DNA of 59,320 nt, the filler included, from Sphacelaria rigidula (lineage: Eukaryota), in the NCBI GenBank assembly GCA_964200075.2. It is 5 parts of 5 records of this genome, joined end to end, with 100 filler letters (N's around TTAATTAATTAA, not from the genome) between each part and the next. Parts side by side here need not be neighbours in the genome. Positions count along the whole stretch, not along the records: positions 11,885 to 23,668 come from CAXNAA020004506.1; positions 23,769 to 35,552 come from CAXNAA020004507.1; 3 more parts are not named here. One strand, given 5' to 3'. Of the stretch, positions 12,241 to 23,868 are shown piece by piece (the first letter of the stretch is position 1; every line of letters starts with the position of its first letter). Below the pieces are notes generated by a model that did no database searches, was not told the origin of the DNA, and worked only from the letters and a program-made list of their open reading frames with translations. Made by a program: the position numbers and the translations under genes.

Positions 12241-12919
12241 CGGCAGACCGTCAAGATGGGGCCACGCCGCGTTTTTCTTGGATGTGCCGGCGTGCTGGCT
12301 GCGCCTTTGTGAGTGATCCTGTCGACAACAACCAACAACACACGAAGAAACCACACGCCGCAGCCAATGCGCCTTGGAGCCCGCTTCGCGCGTACGAGAT
12401 AAGAAACGACACGCCGTGTTTGTCGGTCTCCTGGTGAAAGCATTGCAAAGACGTTTACAGAGTAAACATGTGATGCGGGCTGTCGCTGTCTGGCGGGTAG
12501 TTCTGCGATCCTTCGATGAAGGACTCAACTCTAACGGCAACGAGGGGGGCATGGTCACTTACTTGCATGGTACTTGGGCATGGTCCCTTACTTCCGTGCT
12601 CGAAAAAACCGGCACTGGTGTTTGTGGGGTGGTGATGACCTCTCTGCGGTAGTGACGCTACATCACTAAAGCACGCCACAACACACAAAACACCTACGGG
12701 ACTGTGAGCTGTTGAAACACGCTAAACATGAAACTCGAAACCCTGGTGGAGGTTTACAAATCAGAACAGTATGGTTTGAATATCTGTGTGCTGCCATAAT
12801 ATCGTTCCCGAAACCAAATTGGCTGCGGATTTGTTTCACCAAAATTCAAAAATCTGTGGGCCAAAGGTCTGTTGCCATAACATCCGGCCGTAGACCCGCT
12901 TTTATGGCAACGAATCTCG

Positions 12920-13302
12920 ATTTGTATCAGTATGAGGATTTCAGCACGTCCACAGGCGATTTTATCCCGTGGATTAATTTTTCGGACCCCAGTCCGCCCA
13001 GAAATGTTTTTCGGCTAGCTGCGCGCAAACCACATCAATGCTCCTATTTTCTGGGCGTCAACTTTCGATACCTCACCTTTCTGCCGAAATCGGGACACTC
13101 CCGCATCTCTCCCCATTGAAAGAAAATGATCGGGGGACATGCGGGGGAGTGTTGCGATTTCAGAAAAATGTGGACCAAAAGTCGACTTCCAGAGAATCGG
13201 AGAACTGACCCAGTTTGCTCTCAGCTAGGCGTAAAACATTGCCAAACAGATTGGGGCCCGAAAAATCAATCCACGGGCTGAAATCCTAATATTTGTACAA
13301 AT
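12920..13302. mobile_element. Degenerate foldback MITE
   Basis: cccgtggattaatttttcggacccca is the inverse of tggggcccgaaaaatcaatccacggg; arms converge near 13120. Confidence 0.7.
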
Positions 13303-14071
13303 AGTAACAATACTCGTGTATCAAATTTGCTGTCAGCCTGGCAACCGGCAAGGTGACAGTGGTGTTATTTTAGCGATATCAACTCACAGTGCACTGGGGA
13401 GGTCTGTACGTGAATATTTTGGCGATTGCCCCACTTACATTTCGCCCACATCTTGCGGTTGCTTTCACAACATGTGGGAATGTACACCGCCCCGGGTAAT
13501 ATATTCTCTACATTCAGACGTGTACGATGCAAGTGTACTGCGCGTAGTATAGACTGTGTTCCCTGCTGTAATTTGCGCCATACTCGTACGTGTAGTCGGT
13601 AGCGGCACGCACTGCACTTTGGTCGCCGTACACGCGTCTGCGTCCATGCTGTTACGAACTGCATGAAACAGCGGGGGATCAAAACAGCACAGGAACATGC
13701 TAAGGATGTGGCATTGTGCGGTGTGCTATGTCACTCTACACCCTCCCGTTGTGCAGTGAGCAGGTGGTACCGCTCAAGGCGTCACTGCTGCAGTTGGTAT
13801 GCAGTGCCAAACACAGACGGCAAGCAGTATTTTCTATACATATGCAAGACCGATGCGCACACGGTGGGGCCCGCATTTAGAGAACCCTGCACACGTGCTG
13901 TGACGGGTCTCGTGCGTGATACGGCTTTTTCAACCGTGGCGAGGTGGTCATGAAGCCAATCGTTGATGCTGACAGTGCTCACCCCTTTCCCCGTGATGAT
14001 CTTCTCTCCGAGTACAAGACAAATCGAAACTGCGGAATATGACTTTCTACTTGAACGTACACCTTTCCCAG

Positions 14072-14246
14072 ACTTCTGCCTCCATATCACCGAAAAGGAA
14101 AAACACGGTATTATGGAGTTGATGAGAGGATAAGGTGTACGTCTGTTCTTACTCTTTCGTGCTGCAGTGTCGACCATGCCATACTCCAGCCATTCTGCAA
14201 CGGTCCGTCCTCGTGCACTTTTTTTAATATAACTACGGTATCAGTG
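14072..14246 (+). CDS. PH-MAPK exon: PH strands ([24 protein letters not shown]...[11 protein letters not shown])
   Basis: Acceptor ctttcccAG (14070-71), donor GTG|GTCAGC (14247); open frame fits PH beta3-beta6. The frame at the 5' edge is uncertain. Confidence 0.6.
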
Positions 14247-17200
14247 GTCAGCGTTGAAAGTCCTTGCGAGCTAGAAGGAGAGTGTGAGGGGCACACCCGA
14301 CGGTTACTGTGGCTTGTCGTTCGTGTCTTGAGAGCTACTTCGCTTCTTATCTTGATGTCGATCTGTGTTGTGATGGTCTCCTGTTTCCGTCGCCCATGTA
14401 TACACAAACTTCATTAAATGGGGGTGATCGTGCTCGGATGAAGGCGTTGACGGTGAACGCTTTGAGTGGAGATGATCGCGAGCGGTGGATGAGGGCAATT
14501 GCGGATAAGGTATGCATTTTATGACTCACGTTGATGATTATTATCACCACTCTTGCCTGTTACTTTCAACCAACTCTGTCTCTTCTGAAGGATGAATCCG
14601 TCGTGTCTTCGTGGTCAAGCCATTTCTCCCCTGGCACATACGTGGTGTTCCGGCATATCGTTGAATGGATCAGCACTCCCGCACTGCATCGACTTCGTAA
14701 AATATTCGTGTCTAACTACGGGAAGAAGATACTCCGCACAAAAAAACGCATTTGTCGGATTCGCATCCTCAACTTCATCCTACAATAATCGGTTGCACGA
14801 TCCACCATGTAGCCAAACTTTTTTTCATTGGTGAATTTGACGCAGCACAATACCCCTGTCCTCGATAATACCCTCGGGTATCGGTGCTATGTCCCCATCT
14901 CGGCTACCACAATGGGAAACATACAGGGTCCCAGTGTAGTGCGGTGAGTGCCCAGTGTGACCCCACGATAGCGATCAAGTGCTATTGCTCGATGTTAGCA
15001 TAGCGGATCGGACCCTGGACGAGTGAGTTTGACCGAACTGGGGTGGGACCATTACTTATTGTCCCCCCTCCCTGGGAAGGACACGGTAGTGATGTATATC
15101 GTGTCTCCCCCGCTGCCCCCATCGCCCGCAGCATCGAGCACTGTGTAGGATGCGTTCCGTGTGTGTAGCTAAAGTAGTAGCATTATCATTTGTGTCAAGC
15201 CGGTGACGAAATAGCTACGCGGGCGTTGTTTTCGGCGGGTGTTGATTTAAATGCTGTGCAGGCAACGACGACGATGAAACGTGACTGGGACGTTTTCATG
15301 CCCGAAAACAGCAACGCCTGCCCTCTGCACCTGGTCGTTTCAGCCTGCAACGCTCCCCGAGCTGACTGACCTTGATCGCCCATGTTTTTACTATCCTGCG
15401 TATCTTCTCATTCGTACGGCAAATTATCAGGTCCAAGAATTGAAAGATGCGCTCATCGTTTTGCCAAAACGAAAGGGGACTAGGTGGGTACTGCGGAAAG
15501 GCTTGTGTATGTGCTTGGCATATATTCCATGTCGTTAGTGCCTTGCTAACTTTGTGGGTGTGAACCCTTTATACGTGCGCTTGGTTCAATTAAGATTTCA
15601 TTTCGTGTATTTGACAGCGATTCAGGGTGCCCTTGTTGTGTTGTCTCGCATGCGTGGTGTGTAAGAGGCCCATGAGTTTCCCTCGTCAGGGTGTGTAAGC
15701 GGTACGGTGGTGCGCTAGACACATTGGTGGGTGACTGCAACAGTGACGTAACAGCTGTACGCTTGACTCTGCCGAGCGTTGTACGGTGAAGATTGCACAT
15801 GTACGTTCCTGGCTTTCTGAGTCTTTGGCACCAAATAATCGCTGGGTAGAAATGATCGTGGTGAGGAACCTTTTACGAACACGCTGACGTACCCAATGGA
15901 GCATTCCTCGTTTCTCGCTCTCTTGGCAAGGCACGACATCGTGAAAAATATTGCGCCGCCACGCCGGACGGACGTTCATTGTAACCATTTGTCGATGTCT
16001 CGTCACTCCCCCTCCTATGAACATGTCTGCATGCAGAATGATTTCGGCGTGGGATACCTTCTTCGAGGTAGACGAATATTACACGTACAAGAAGCCGGTG
16101 GGACACGGAGCGTACGGGGTGGTGATTTCCGCCCTGGACACAAGGGACAACAGTAAGGTGATTCATCACTCACTTCATTTCTCTTGTTTAATTTTCGTGA
16201 TGGACGCTGCTGAATATGGCGGTTGTGTGTATGTGTTCGTGGGTGTGAATATTCGGTTCGGCGCCATTTTATTCAAGGGCTGATGGGGCAGCCGAGAACT
16301 ACGGTAGGAACCATGACGTTATTTCGGGCATTTTAGGCATACGAGTTTTAGTGGGTCAACATCCATGTTGAGCGATTCTTCTGATATTATCGTGGTTGGA
16401 GATTCTTCCAAGAGTTTTCTTCACTTCCAACCGCTTATTATAGCGAAGGCTACCCACTACCAACTCTGACACTTTCGAGTGCTAGGAAGAATGTTGAGCA
16501 AAAAGATTCCATGAAAGTATCATGCGGAAATTGACAGGGTGTGTTACTGACCCCTATCTGGTAAAAAGGAGAATCACATGTTTTTGGCTTTAGTGCGAGA
16601 GTTGGTGAAGATCGAGATAGGATGGTCCTGTACAATTCTTGAAAGGAAAATCGCGATTGGTTCACTGCTCTGTACAAAGGGTAGACACATGTTAGTTTGA
16701 TAGTCCTTGTTCTGCAGTGTCCTGCGGAATCTTTTCACACATTACCTTCGTGCTTGAAAGTTCTAGAGTCGTTGGAGATGAGGGAAGAAGCAACCAGTGC
16801 CTCAGAGCATAATTCTCAACTTGTTGGGGCGATACGCACTCACGCGCCCCGTTCATCAGGGGTGTCATTGACCGTGCCTAATCCAAAAGCCACTGTCTGA
16901 GCGTAATGATGTGCATGTGTTTGTTAGAAATTGGTTCGATCGAGCGAAAATACCGTGGAGTCAAAATCTAGGGCTGTGTACTCAAGACCCCGAAAACCGG
17001 TGACCCGTAAGTCGCTCGACTTCGACTGCAGGTATGTTTTCCTGTTCAGAATGCGCGGGAGATACTAGTATCTCTAGTTCCTTCAACTTTTAATATCAAA
17101 CCTTCGCTGTGATGAAATACGTGAAGCGAACAAACTTTGTGAAATCGCCACCTGCAAGATTATTACATGAATTGCCCAACACAGAGTCTGACTACCGTAA

Positions 17201-20200
17201 CCGCCCGCTCATGAAAAGGTGAACATGAGACTCAACCTGAGTTTCTCTTCTGAGATCATGGCCTACTGAGTTGAAGCTAGTGTAGTGATCGCGGCTGACG
17301 CTGAACCGTCTTTTTCCTCCCATGTATCTCAGCCTGATCTCATCACTACTGACTGTACGGTACAGCCTTTCCTATGTACAAGCCGTGGTGCCTTGGGCTT
17401 TCTAATGAACAGCTGTGCTCGAGCACACTTGTCTTTCTTGATGATGGTGAACGAATCTCCACCTGAGGGCAGATCCCAAATTACGCCGGCAGAGCTCAGT
17501 TCTGGGTCTGCGGCGACGACCTGAGCCAAAACGAAAAAGGATCTGGATAATGATGACCCCGAAAAAACACGATTAACATGACAGCTGACTATGGTTGGCA
17601 TGACTTACCTTGTGATGTCGTCGATACTGAGTCTGCGCCTCATCACGTGAAAAATGCACGAACGTTCTGTTTAATCACAGCCGTTCGTCTTTTGCTATTT
17701 TTTACATGAGGTCAACTCTGGGAGGAAACAACTGACAGTAATGGTGGAGGCATACTAGGCCTAACCCTTAGCCCTGACCCTGACCCCGACTGAGGCATCT
17801 GGATATCCTCGGGAATTGGGGGCTGCAATGATGACTCTGGAAATGTCGTATGTTTGCAGAAGTCGATTCGGCACCGCAGGCGCCGATCTGGGAACAAGAA
17901 GTTTTGGGTAAGCTAGGAGTATGTGGGACTGTCAGCCCCTCTAAAGATCCACATATCGGTGTTTTCTCTTGGAGAAATAGTCGACCAAATCAACCGTGTT
18001 TCACGACTAATGCGTAGTCTGTACTGCTTCCACTCTATATTCACCGCATTGTTTATTGCGGGTGGGCCCATAAAGGTGGCGATCAAAAAGATCCCGTCGG
18101 CATTCGACGACGTGGTGGATGCGAAGAGGATCGTAAGAGAGGTACGCCTACTCCGCCGCCTGGACCACATGAACATTATCAAGATTGTCGACATCCTGCC
18201 GCCTCCTTCTCTAGCCGACTTCAACGATGTCTACATTGTGTCCGAGCTCATGGACACTGATCTGCACCGTGTCATCTACTCCAGCCAGGTATTTTGCTTA
18301 TCGCGTGTCTTGGCATATTTCTTTTCGATAGAAAAAGTGCGATGGATTTCGTTTCCGCGACTCTGATAGGTTAACGTCACCTACATGCTCGGCTGGATTA
18401 AACATTTTCATTATTCGCGTGCGGACGGAAGGCAAAATACACCAAAGCCAAGCCTTTTCGATCAAGAACAAGCGGCGGAAAGGCACGAAGGGGGCAGTTG
18501 ACTCCTGTGTTGCAGACCATCACGCCAGATACCACTCGTTTGTAGAAACATGGAAACCTCACACAATTCATTCCCAGCTACCACCGCGTCGAAGTGTTTT
18601 TGAACGAATCCGTGTATGCTCAGCTGCGGTCTGCCTTCCTTCACCTTGCCCCATCTCAGGGACCCTGACCATACTAGAACCACCTTTACCGAATTGGCAC
18701 ATGCAGTCATGTTCCACCCTTTCCTGATGGAAATCACATATACTGTTGTCACTTGCGTTGTTGTCCTCCGTTGCTCCCCCCCCCCCCCCGCCGCCGCATT
18801 GCCGTGTGTGGTGACTCTCCAGCGGCTGAGCGACCAACACGTGAAGTACTTCTTGTACCAGATCCTGTGCGGTGTGAAGTACATTCACTCTGCGTCCGTG
18901 TTGCACCGCGACTTGAAGCCCTCGAACATCTTGCTCAGCACGGTGAGAAGGGAAATTCATCGCCCTTTTTTCATTGTCTATTTTGTTACGAGGGTCCATC
19001 GGTCGCCCCGGGTAATCACTCCTTGTATCATTGCTTTTACCTCGAGGGAAGGAGGAAATCCCACCCAGCACTTACCACGTGAACGGGTTCGTGTGTCAAT
19101 GACCCGGAGCCTTGGCTAGACTATCGTGTGGTGCTCATGTGGGGGTAAGCGCCTCAAGCGTATGGAAGGCTCTGCTCATGGCAGTGTGGGGGTTGACACC
19201 GCTTAGACGGCCTGTCAACTTGGCGCAGTGCACCTGCTGCCCTACTCTTTGGAGCTTCAGCCGCAGTTCATATGTAAGGGTGTGCCAGGGCGCCTCCCGT
19301 TGCCCGCAACTGTGGACACGATCACGGCTTGGGCTGAGATTGGTTAGGTTTGAGTGTAAAGAAGAGATATATATATATATATATATATCTTTGAGTGGAT
19401 GCCTTGAGGCGTTACAGAAGTTGTGGCGACGAATGTGATGAGTACAACGAACAACCACGATTTCCGGCGGAATTCACTAGATGCTCTATTTAGTTTTTGT
19501 CCGGAGGATTCAATCCGTTATTCGTTGGTATTGTTCCGTTATGCACCCCGCGAACCATCCAGAATTGCGACCTGAAACTGTGCGACTTCGGGCTGTCTCG
19601 GGGAGTTAGCTCGCCGGATGAGGAGGAGACGGCAGAGCTGACGGAGTATGTGGTTACTCGCTGGTACAGATCTCCGGAAATCATGCTCGCGGCGGAGTAC
19701 GGTTATCCAATCGATATCTGGAGTGTGGGCTGCATTTTCGCGGAGATGTTGCTGCGCCACCCCCTGTTCCGCGGAGAGACGTATCTACAGGTGAGCATAA
19801 GTGGTTTGTACGAGAAGAGATGCCGTCTTTCCATTTGTCACTCCCTGCTCTCCTGTACCAATCTAATACAAGCACTAAGCTGCTGTGAGTCCTTCGTTGT
19901 GCCATTTTTTTTGTCATTTCGTCTTGCGAATCGTTTAGCGGCGGGGGGGTGTTCTGTTCATTTTTTGCAAACCCGGCGTCCGTCCTCGAGGTTGAGAATC
20001 AGGTCCTGCCGTTTTTCACTGTCCACTCAGAAATGAATTAGCCAATGACCCATGTAGGTGAGGTGACCAAAGTCGATGGTGCAACGCGGACCCGTGACGG
20101 AGATCCTCCTTGATGTGCGCCGCGATGATGATGAACACATGTAACCAACCTCTTTTCTGAGGGGCTATGTTTTTTCTTGGCTCTGACATTCTTTCGCGAT

Positions 20201-23200
20201 GGGTAATTTTTTTTGCTCGGTTTGTGTGCTCCTATTATAGAACTAGTTTCCTGTTGTATACCCTCCTATATAGACTGCTGGTTCTTGAGGCTAGGGTTGG
20301 GAACTTTAGGACGTCCTCGGGACAAATGAGATGACTACGTGTGATTCACCTGGACATTCATGGGGGATGACACGCTCACATACACATACGGGATGCAGAT
20401 GCGACTCAAGTGCTGGGTACCCGCAGTGTAGTCTTCACTTCCCTCGACGTTTAGCTGAACGTCCCCGTCCCTTTCTTTATCCCCGTGTGCCTCACTAAAG
20501 TTATTATTTTCGGTGTCACGGGTGCGCTTGTCCAGCCCTCGCTTCTTGTGCACAGGGTGCTACAGTCATCGCACAACGCAGCATCCAAGTATGCTGACCA
20601 GCTTCCGAAGTCTGTTGTCCTCAGCGCCGAAAATGTCTACCCTTATGTAGTGTACCGCGCCGTGTACGTAACCCAGCGAGATGACTAACCCAGAAATACG
20701 TGCTCTCTATACCTGCTTTCCGGAAGTGTCGCACCACCACATGTTTCGGTTGAGTCCTGTCCACGCCTCTCTGAAGATCCGGCATTCATCGCTGTTGACT
20801 ATCGTTTGCCGACTTACTGCGACAACAGATGCTAAAGTTGATCGTCAAGTTCGTAGGTAAGCCAAAGGACAGCTCCGAGCTGGCCTTCGTCACTAATCCT
20901 AAGGCCCAAAAATTCATGGAGGATCTCCCAGACTACCCCCCGGCCGATCTGAGGAGGCGTTTCCCGAATGCCGGCTCGGACGCGGTAAACCTGCTCGCGA
21001 AAATGTTGGTGCTGCGGCCGGACAGGCGTCTGTCTGTGGATGAGGCGCTGAGGCATCCTTACCTGAGGAGTCTCAGGGACAAAAAGGTGGGCTTGACTTC
21101 TCCAGTGGTGGTTTCTGAGATTTCCTTGCGACCGCGTTTGTGTCCTGAGGGAAACTGACACGCGTAGTTGGAGTTTTGCATGTATTGTTGTGCGACGAAA
21201 CGTCATTATAGGAAGCTGGTTTGTTTTAATTCCCTTCGAGAATCTGGTCACGATAAGGGGAACACGATTTCGTTTTGCACACGACAGGGAAACGGCAGAT
21301 TGGTTGTCTGGTGTGTGTGTTTGTGTAGTTTTGCACATCGAGCCCTTGGCCGCAGCCGAGAAACGATCATCATTTGCCAGAAAGCTCCGTACATTACCAG
21401 ACCTTCGCCGACAAGATGACCAAGGGTAGGTCGAGTAGAGTAAAGTCAATTGCGGGTTATTTCGACAGTCGTACTCGACATACACAAATTGGGGGTAGAA
21501 TTTCAGGAATCGCTTCACAGCTATTTTTTGCGTGCGACTCCTAACACTCTACCCTATATTGAGTACCCCAATTACGTCTTTCAAAATACCCCGCAATTGA
21601 GTATACTATACTCGACCTGCCCTTGAAGACGACCCTACTCCCGTCAAGTCCATTCAAGGTTTGTCGATGAAACGCACAGATAAAACGGGAGATCTTGCGC
21701 CAAGGCCCGGAAGCAGCCTTTAAACGCGAGTATTGGGATCCGAAAGCGACATGCTTTTTCTTCTGGTGCGCAACCTACCCATTCCTAATCGCCCTCATTA
21801 ATGGGGTTGAAAACATGTAACCCATGTGCGCACGCTCTTATTGCAAGGCATCCCTCTTGTTGATGTTCAGGATGGCATAGAACGTTCTGAATAGATGGGT
21901 GAACATTTTTTTCATTCTTCTTGAAGAAAGAAGGAAACCTCCCTCCACGTTCACGTCGGAAGGGTTCGGAATACCGGAGGATCGGCTAGACCTCCTCGCG
22001 GTATTCATGTGGGGGTGGGCGCCTCGAGGTAAGTGCGGGGGTCGCATCCACTGAATCCCACGGTCAACTTGGCGCAGTGCACGCGCCGCTCTACTCTCAT
22101 GAGCTTCGGCCGTAAATGGTTGACTGGATAGATTGTAAATACGGGCAAATCGCATGCTGCCTCCGACGAGTGTTGTAAATACGGGCAAATAACACTCGAA
22201 AAGTTGTCTCGTGCAGTATGCGATTTTTTGTGTATGTGTATTTTTTTGTTGCAATCTACACCCCTCCCCGAGAATATCGGCAAACAGACTATGAAGAAAA
22301 AACCCAACGCATCGGGAATCGAACCCACTTTCTCTCTTTCCTAATGGTGGGAGTCGAACACTACACGAGAGCGGTGGCTGTATACCCCGGGTATGGGTAT
22401 CACCCGTACCCAACAATTTCGTGAGATCTGTATGAAGGTTTTCACCTTGACCCGCGGTATGGGCATACTCCTGTAAAAACACCCGGGTTAGGGTGTCTTT
22501 GCAACCTCCCCCCGAACCCGATGGGTTTTGTGAGATCTGGATGGCTTCCACACCGGTACCCAAAAGTTGAGTAATTTCTGACCAATCTCATTACCTACCG
22601 ACCATACCTGTACCGTATAGAGCACCCTGAAAACTTTGATGCACACGTCGGGATTGGTAAGTAGTATCAACCGAACTCTGTCCCCCTGCCCCCGCTCAGG
22701 CGGAAACCGTCGCTGCTGAGCCTGTAGACTTTGCCGATGTGGAGCTAGCACCCCTCAACAAGGACAACTTACGTCGGCTCATGCACGAAGACGTGCTCGC
22801 CTACCGTCCGGAGCTGCGCAACCCTGCACTGGGCTCGGGCCTGCCTGAGCCCGTGTCACATGCCGGTGACCGCGATGCGTCACGCAATGGCGAATCTAGC
22901 AGCAAGCGCCACAGCTCCCGCCACTCATCGTCCCACAACAATAGCGGCGCTGTGCCCCCGCCGCCCCCCAACGGGGGCGTCGGGAGTGGAGGCTCCAACG
23001 GAGCAACTGGACCCGGCGAAGCGACGCACGGGTCTTCGAGGGTTGCAAATGGGGGCGGCGGAGGCGCGGCGTCCGCGGGGGTATCGGGAAGCAGCGGACA
23101 GCCTCGGGAGCGTTCCTCTCACCGTTCTGACCGGGAACGGGGCGGTACGTCAGGCGTGGGTGCTGGGCGATCAACGGGGGGTTCCGGGCGCATTCCGGAG

Positions 23201-23338
23201 CACCACCACCACCGTCCGGCGGAGAATGGCACATCGTCTTCGCATTCTGGCTCGCGTGGGGATATGCGACCACATGCGGGAGCGAGATCGCGCTCGGGAG
23301 CGCCAGTATCTCGACAACCGTTCCCCACGGAGGGGTAG
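14072..23338 (+). CDS. PH-domain-containing mitogen-activated protein kinase (TEY type), nine exons, 5'-incomplete, about 620 aa recovered
   Basis: Exons 14072-14246, 14444-14509, 15431-15483, 16037-16157, 18076-18288, 18823-18942, 19563-19790, 20829-21086, 22700-23338. All introns are GT-AG with compatible phases. Motifs [35 protein letters not shown]. Confidence 0.85.
14444..14509 (+). CDS. PH-MAPK exon: PH last strand and C-terminal helix ([22 protein letters not shown])
   Basis: Matches the PH pattern L.A.s..er..W..aI; donor AAG|GTATGC; weak GAAG acceptor. Confidence 0.75.
15431..15483 (+). CDS. PH-MAPK linker exon ([18 protein letters not shown])
   Basis: attatcAG acceptor, AG|GTGGGT donor; 53 nt, phase 0 to 2, exactly bridging the flanking exons. 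Confidence 0.75.
16037..16157 (+). CDS. MAPK exon, subdomain I ([40 protein letters not shown])
   Basis: catgcAG acceptor, Gly-rich loop, AAG|GTGATT donor. Confidence 0.93.
18076..18288 (+). CDS. MAPK exon, subdomains II-V
   Basis: [26 protein letters not shown]...[21 protein letters not shown]; donor CAG|GTATTT. Confidence 0.95.
18823..18942 (+). CDS. MAPK exon, subdomain VI
   Basis: [40 protein letters not shown]; ctccAG acceptor, GTGAGA donor. Confidence 0.96.
19563..19790 (+). CDS. MAPK exon, subdomains VII-IX with TEY activation loop
   Basis: [14 protein letters not shown]...[18 protein letters not shown]...[33 protein letters not shown] donor. Confidence 0.97.
20829..21086 (+). CDS. 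MAPK exon, subdomains X-XI
   Basis: [12 protein letters not shown]...[29 protein letters not shown]; acaacAG acceptor, GTGGGC donor. Confidence 0.95.
21421..21625. mobile_element. Intronic hAT-type MITE (205 bp)
   Basis: TIRs CAAGGGTAGGTCGAGTA / TACTCGACCTGCCCTTG; 8-bp TSD aagatgac (21413-20) / aagacgac (21626-33), one mismatch. Confidence 0.85.
22000..22378 (-). mobile_element. tRNA-derived SINE-like element
   Basis: Minus strand has a B-box GGTTCGATTCC (plus-strand 22315-22325) followed by cgatgc, as in the 25161 copy; body segment gtcaacttggcgcagtgcac is shared with ~19210-19265. Confidence 0.55.
22700..23338 (+). CDS. MAPK terminal exon: C-terminal helix plus Ser/Gly/His/Arg-rich disordered tail
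   Basis: cccgctcAG acceptor; [38 protein letters not shown] then low-complexity tail to TAG at 23338. Confidence 0.9.
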   Translation, partial: AETVAAEPVDFADVELAPLNKDNLRRLMHEDVLAYRPELRNPALGSGLPEPVSHAGDRDASRNGESSSKRHSSRHSSSHNNSGAVPPPPPNGGVGSGGSNGATGPGEATHGSSRVANGGGGGAASAGVSGSSGQPRERSSHRSDRERGGTSGVGAGRSTGGSGRIPEHHHHRPAENGTSSSHSGSRGDMRPHAGARSRSGAPVSRQPFPTEG

Positions 23339-23668
23339 CGAATGGCGTTTTGGAGTGAAGGCGCGGGGGAAGAGAGAGAGGATGAGGGGATGGGGGGATT
23401 AGGAGGGGCAGGAGTGTTTCGTAGGTAGACATTAATTAGTATGAATGCGGGGCCGAGAGAGGAGTCCCGACACAAAAGATATAGTGGTAAGACGCCAGTG
23501 GCAACGAACGGCGTACTCTATCGAGCGACAGTAATGACGTGTTGTTTTGTGTGTGCGTGCGTGCGTGCGTGTTTTTTTGTGTGCGTTTCTTCATCTTTTT
23601 CCTTTTTTTTACTCTTCACTTTTTCTTTATTTTTTTTCTTTCTTTCCATTTTTCGTACTGCATGTACG

Positions 23669-23768
23669 NNNNNNNNNNNNNNNNNNNNNNNNNNNNNNNN
23701 NNNNNNNNNNNNTTAATTAATTAANNNNNNNNNNNNNNNNNNNNNNNNNNNNNNNNNNNNNNNNNNNN
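23669..23768. other. Artificial linker N44-TTAATTAATTAA-N44
   Basis: Identical spacer. Confidence 0.99.
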
Positions 23769-23808
23769 TTTTTTTCCTTTTTGTGGGCAGCTGGGTGGGG
23801 GTGCGGGG

Positions 23809-23810
<2 letters not shown>

Positions 23811-23866
<56 letters not shown>
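23811..23866 (+). repeat. Poly-G tract (56 nt)
   Basis: Uninterrupted G run. Confidence 0.9.

Positions 23867-23868
<2 letters not shown>

Noticed and set aside
12374-12652. PH-domain first exon (VFVGLLVK or VLEKTGTG)
   Set aside because: No W..R motif and no convincing splice sites; the resemblance is probably chance.
16017-16036. MAPK start codon at ATG 16017 or 16023
   Set aside because: These ATGs lie in a pyrimidine-rich 3' intron end just before AG 16035-36, and upstream exons join in phase; an alternative start is not fully excluded.
17757-17790. Interstitial telomere (cctaacccttagccctgaccctgacccc)
   Set aside because: Only about four degenerate units, too short to support.
23811-23866. 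Poly-Gly coding region or functional G-quadruplex
   Set aside because: A pure homopolymer with no splice or ORF context; its length is unreliable and may be a sequencing artefact.
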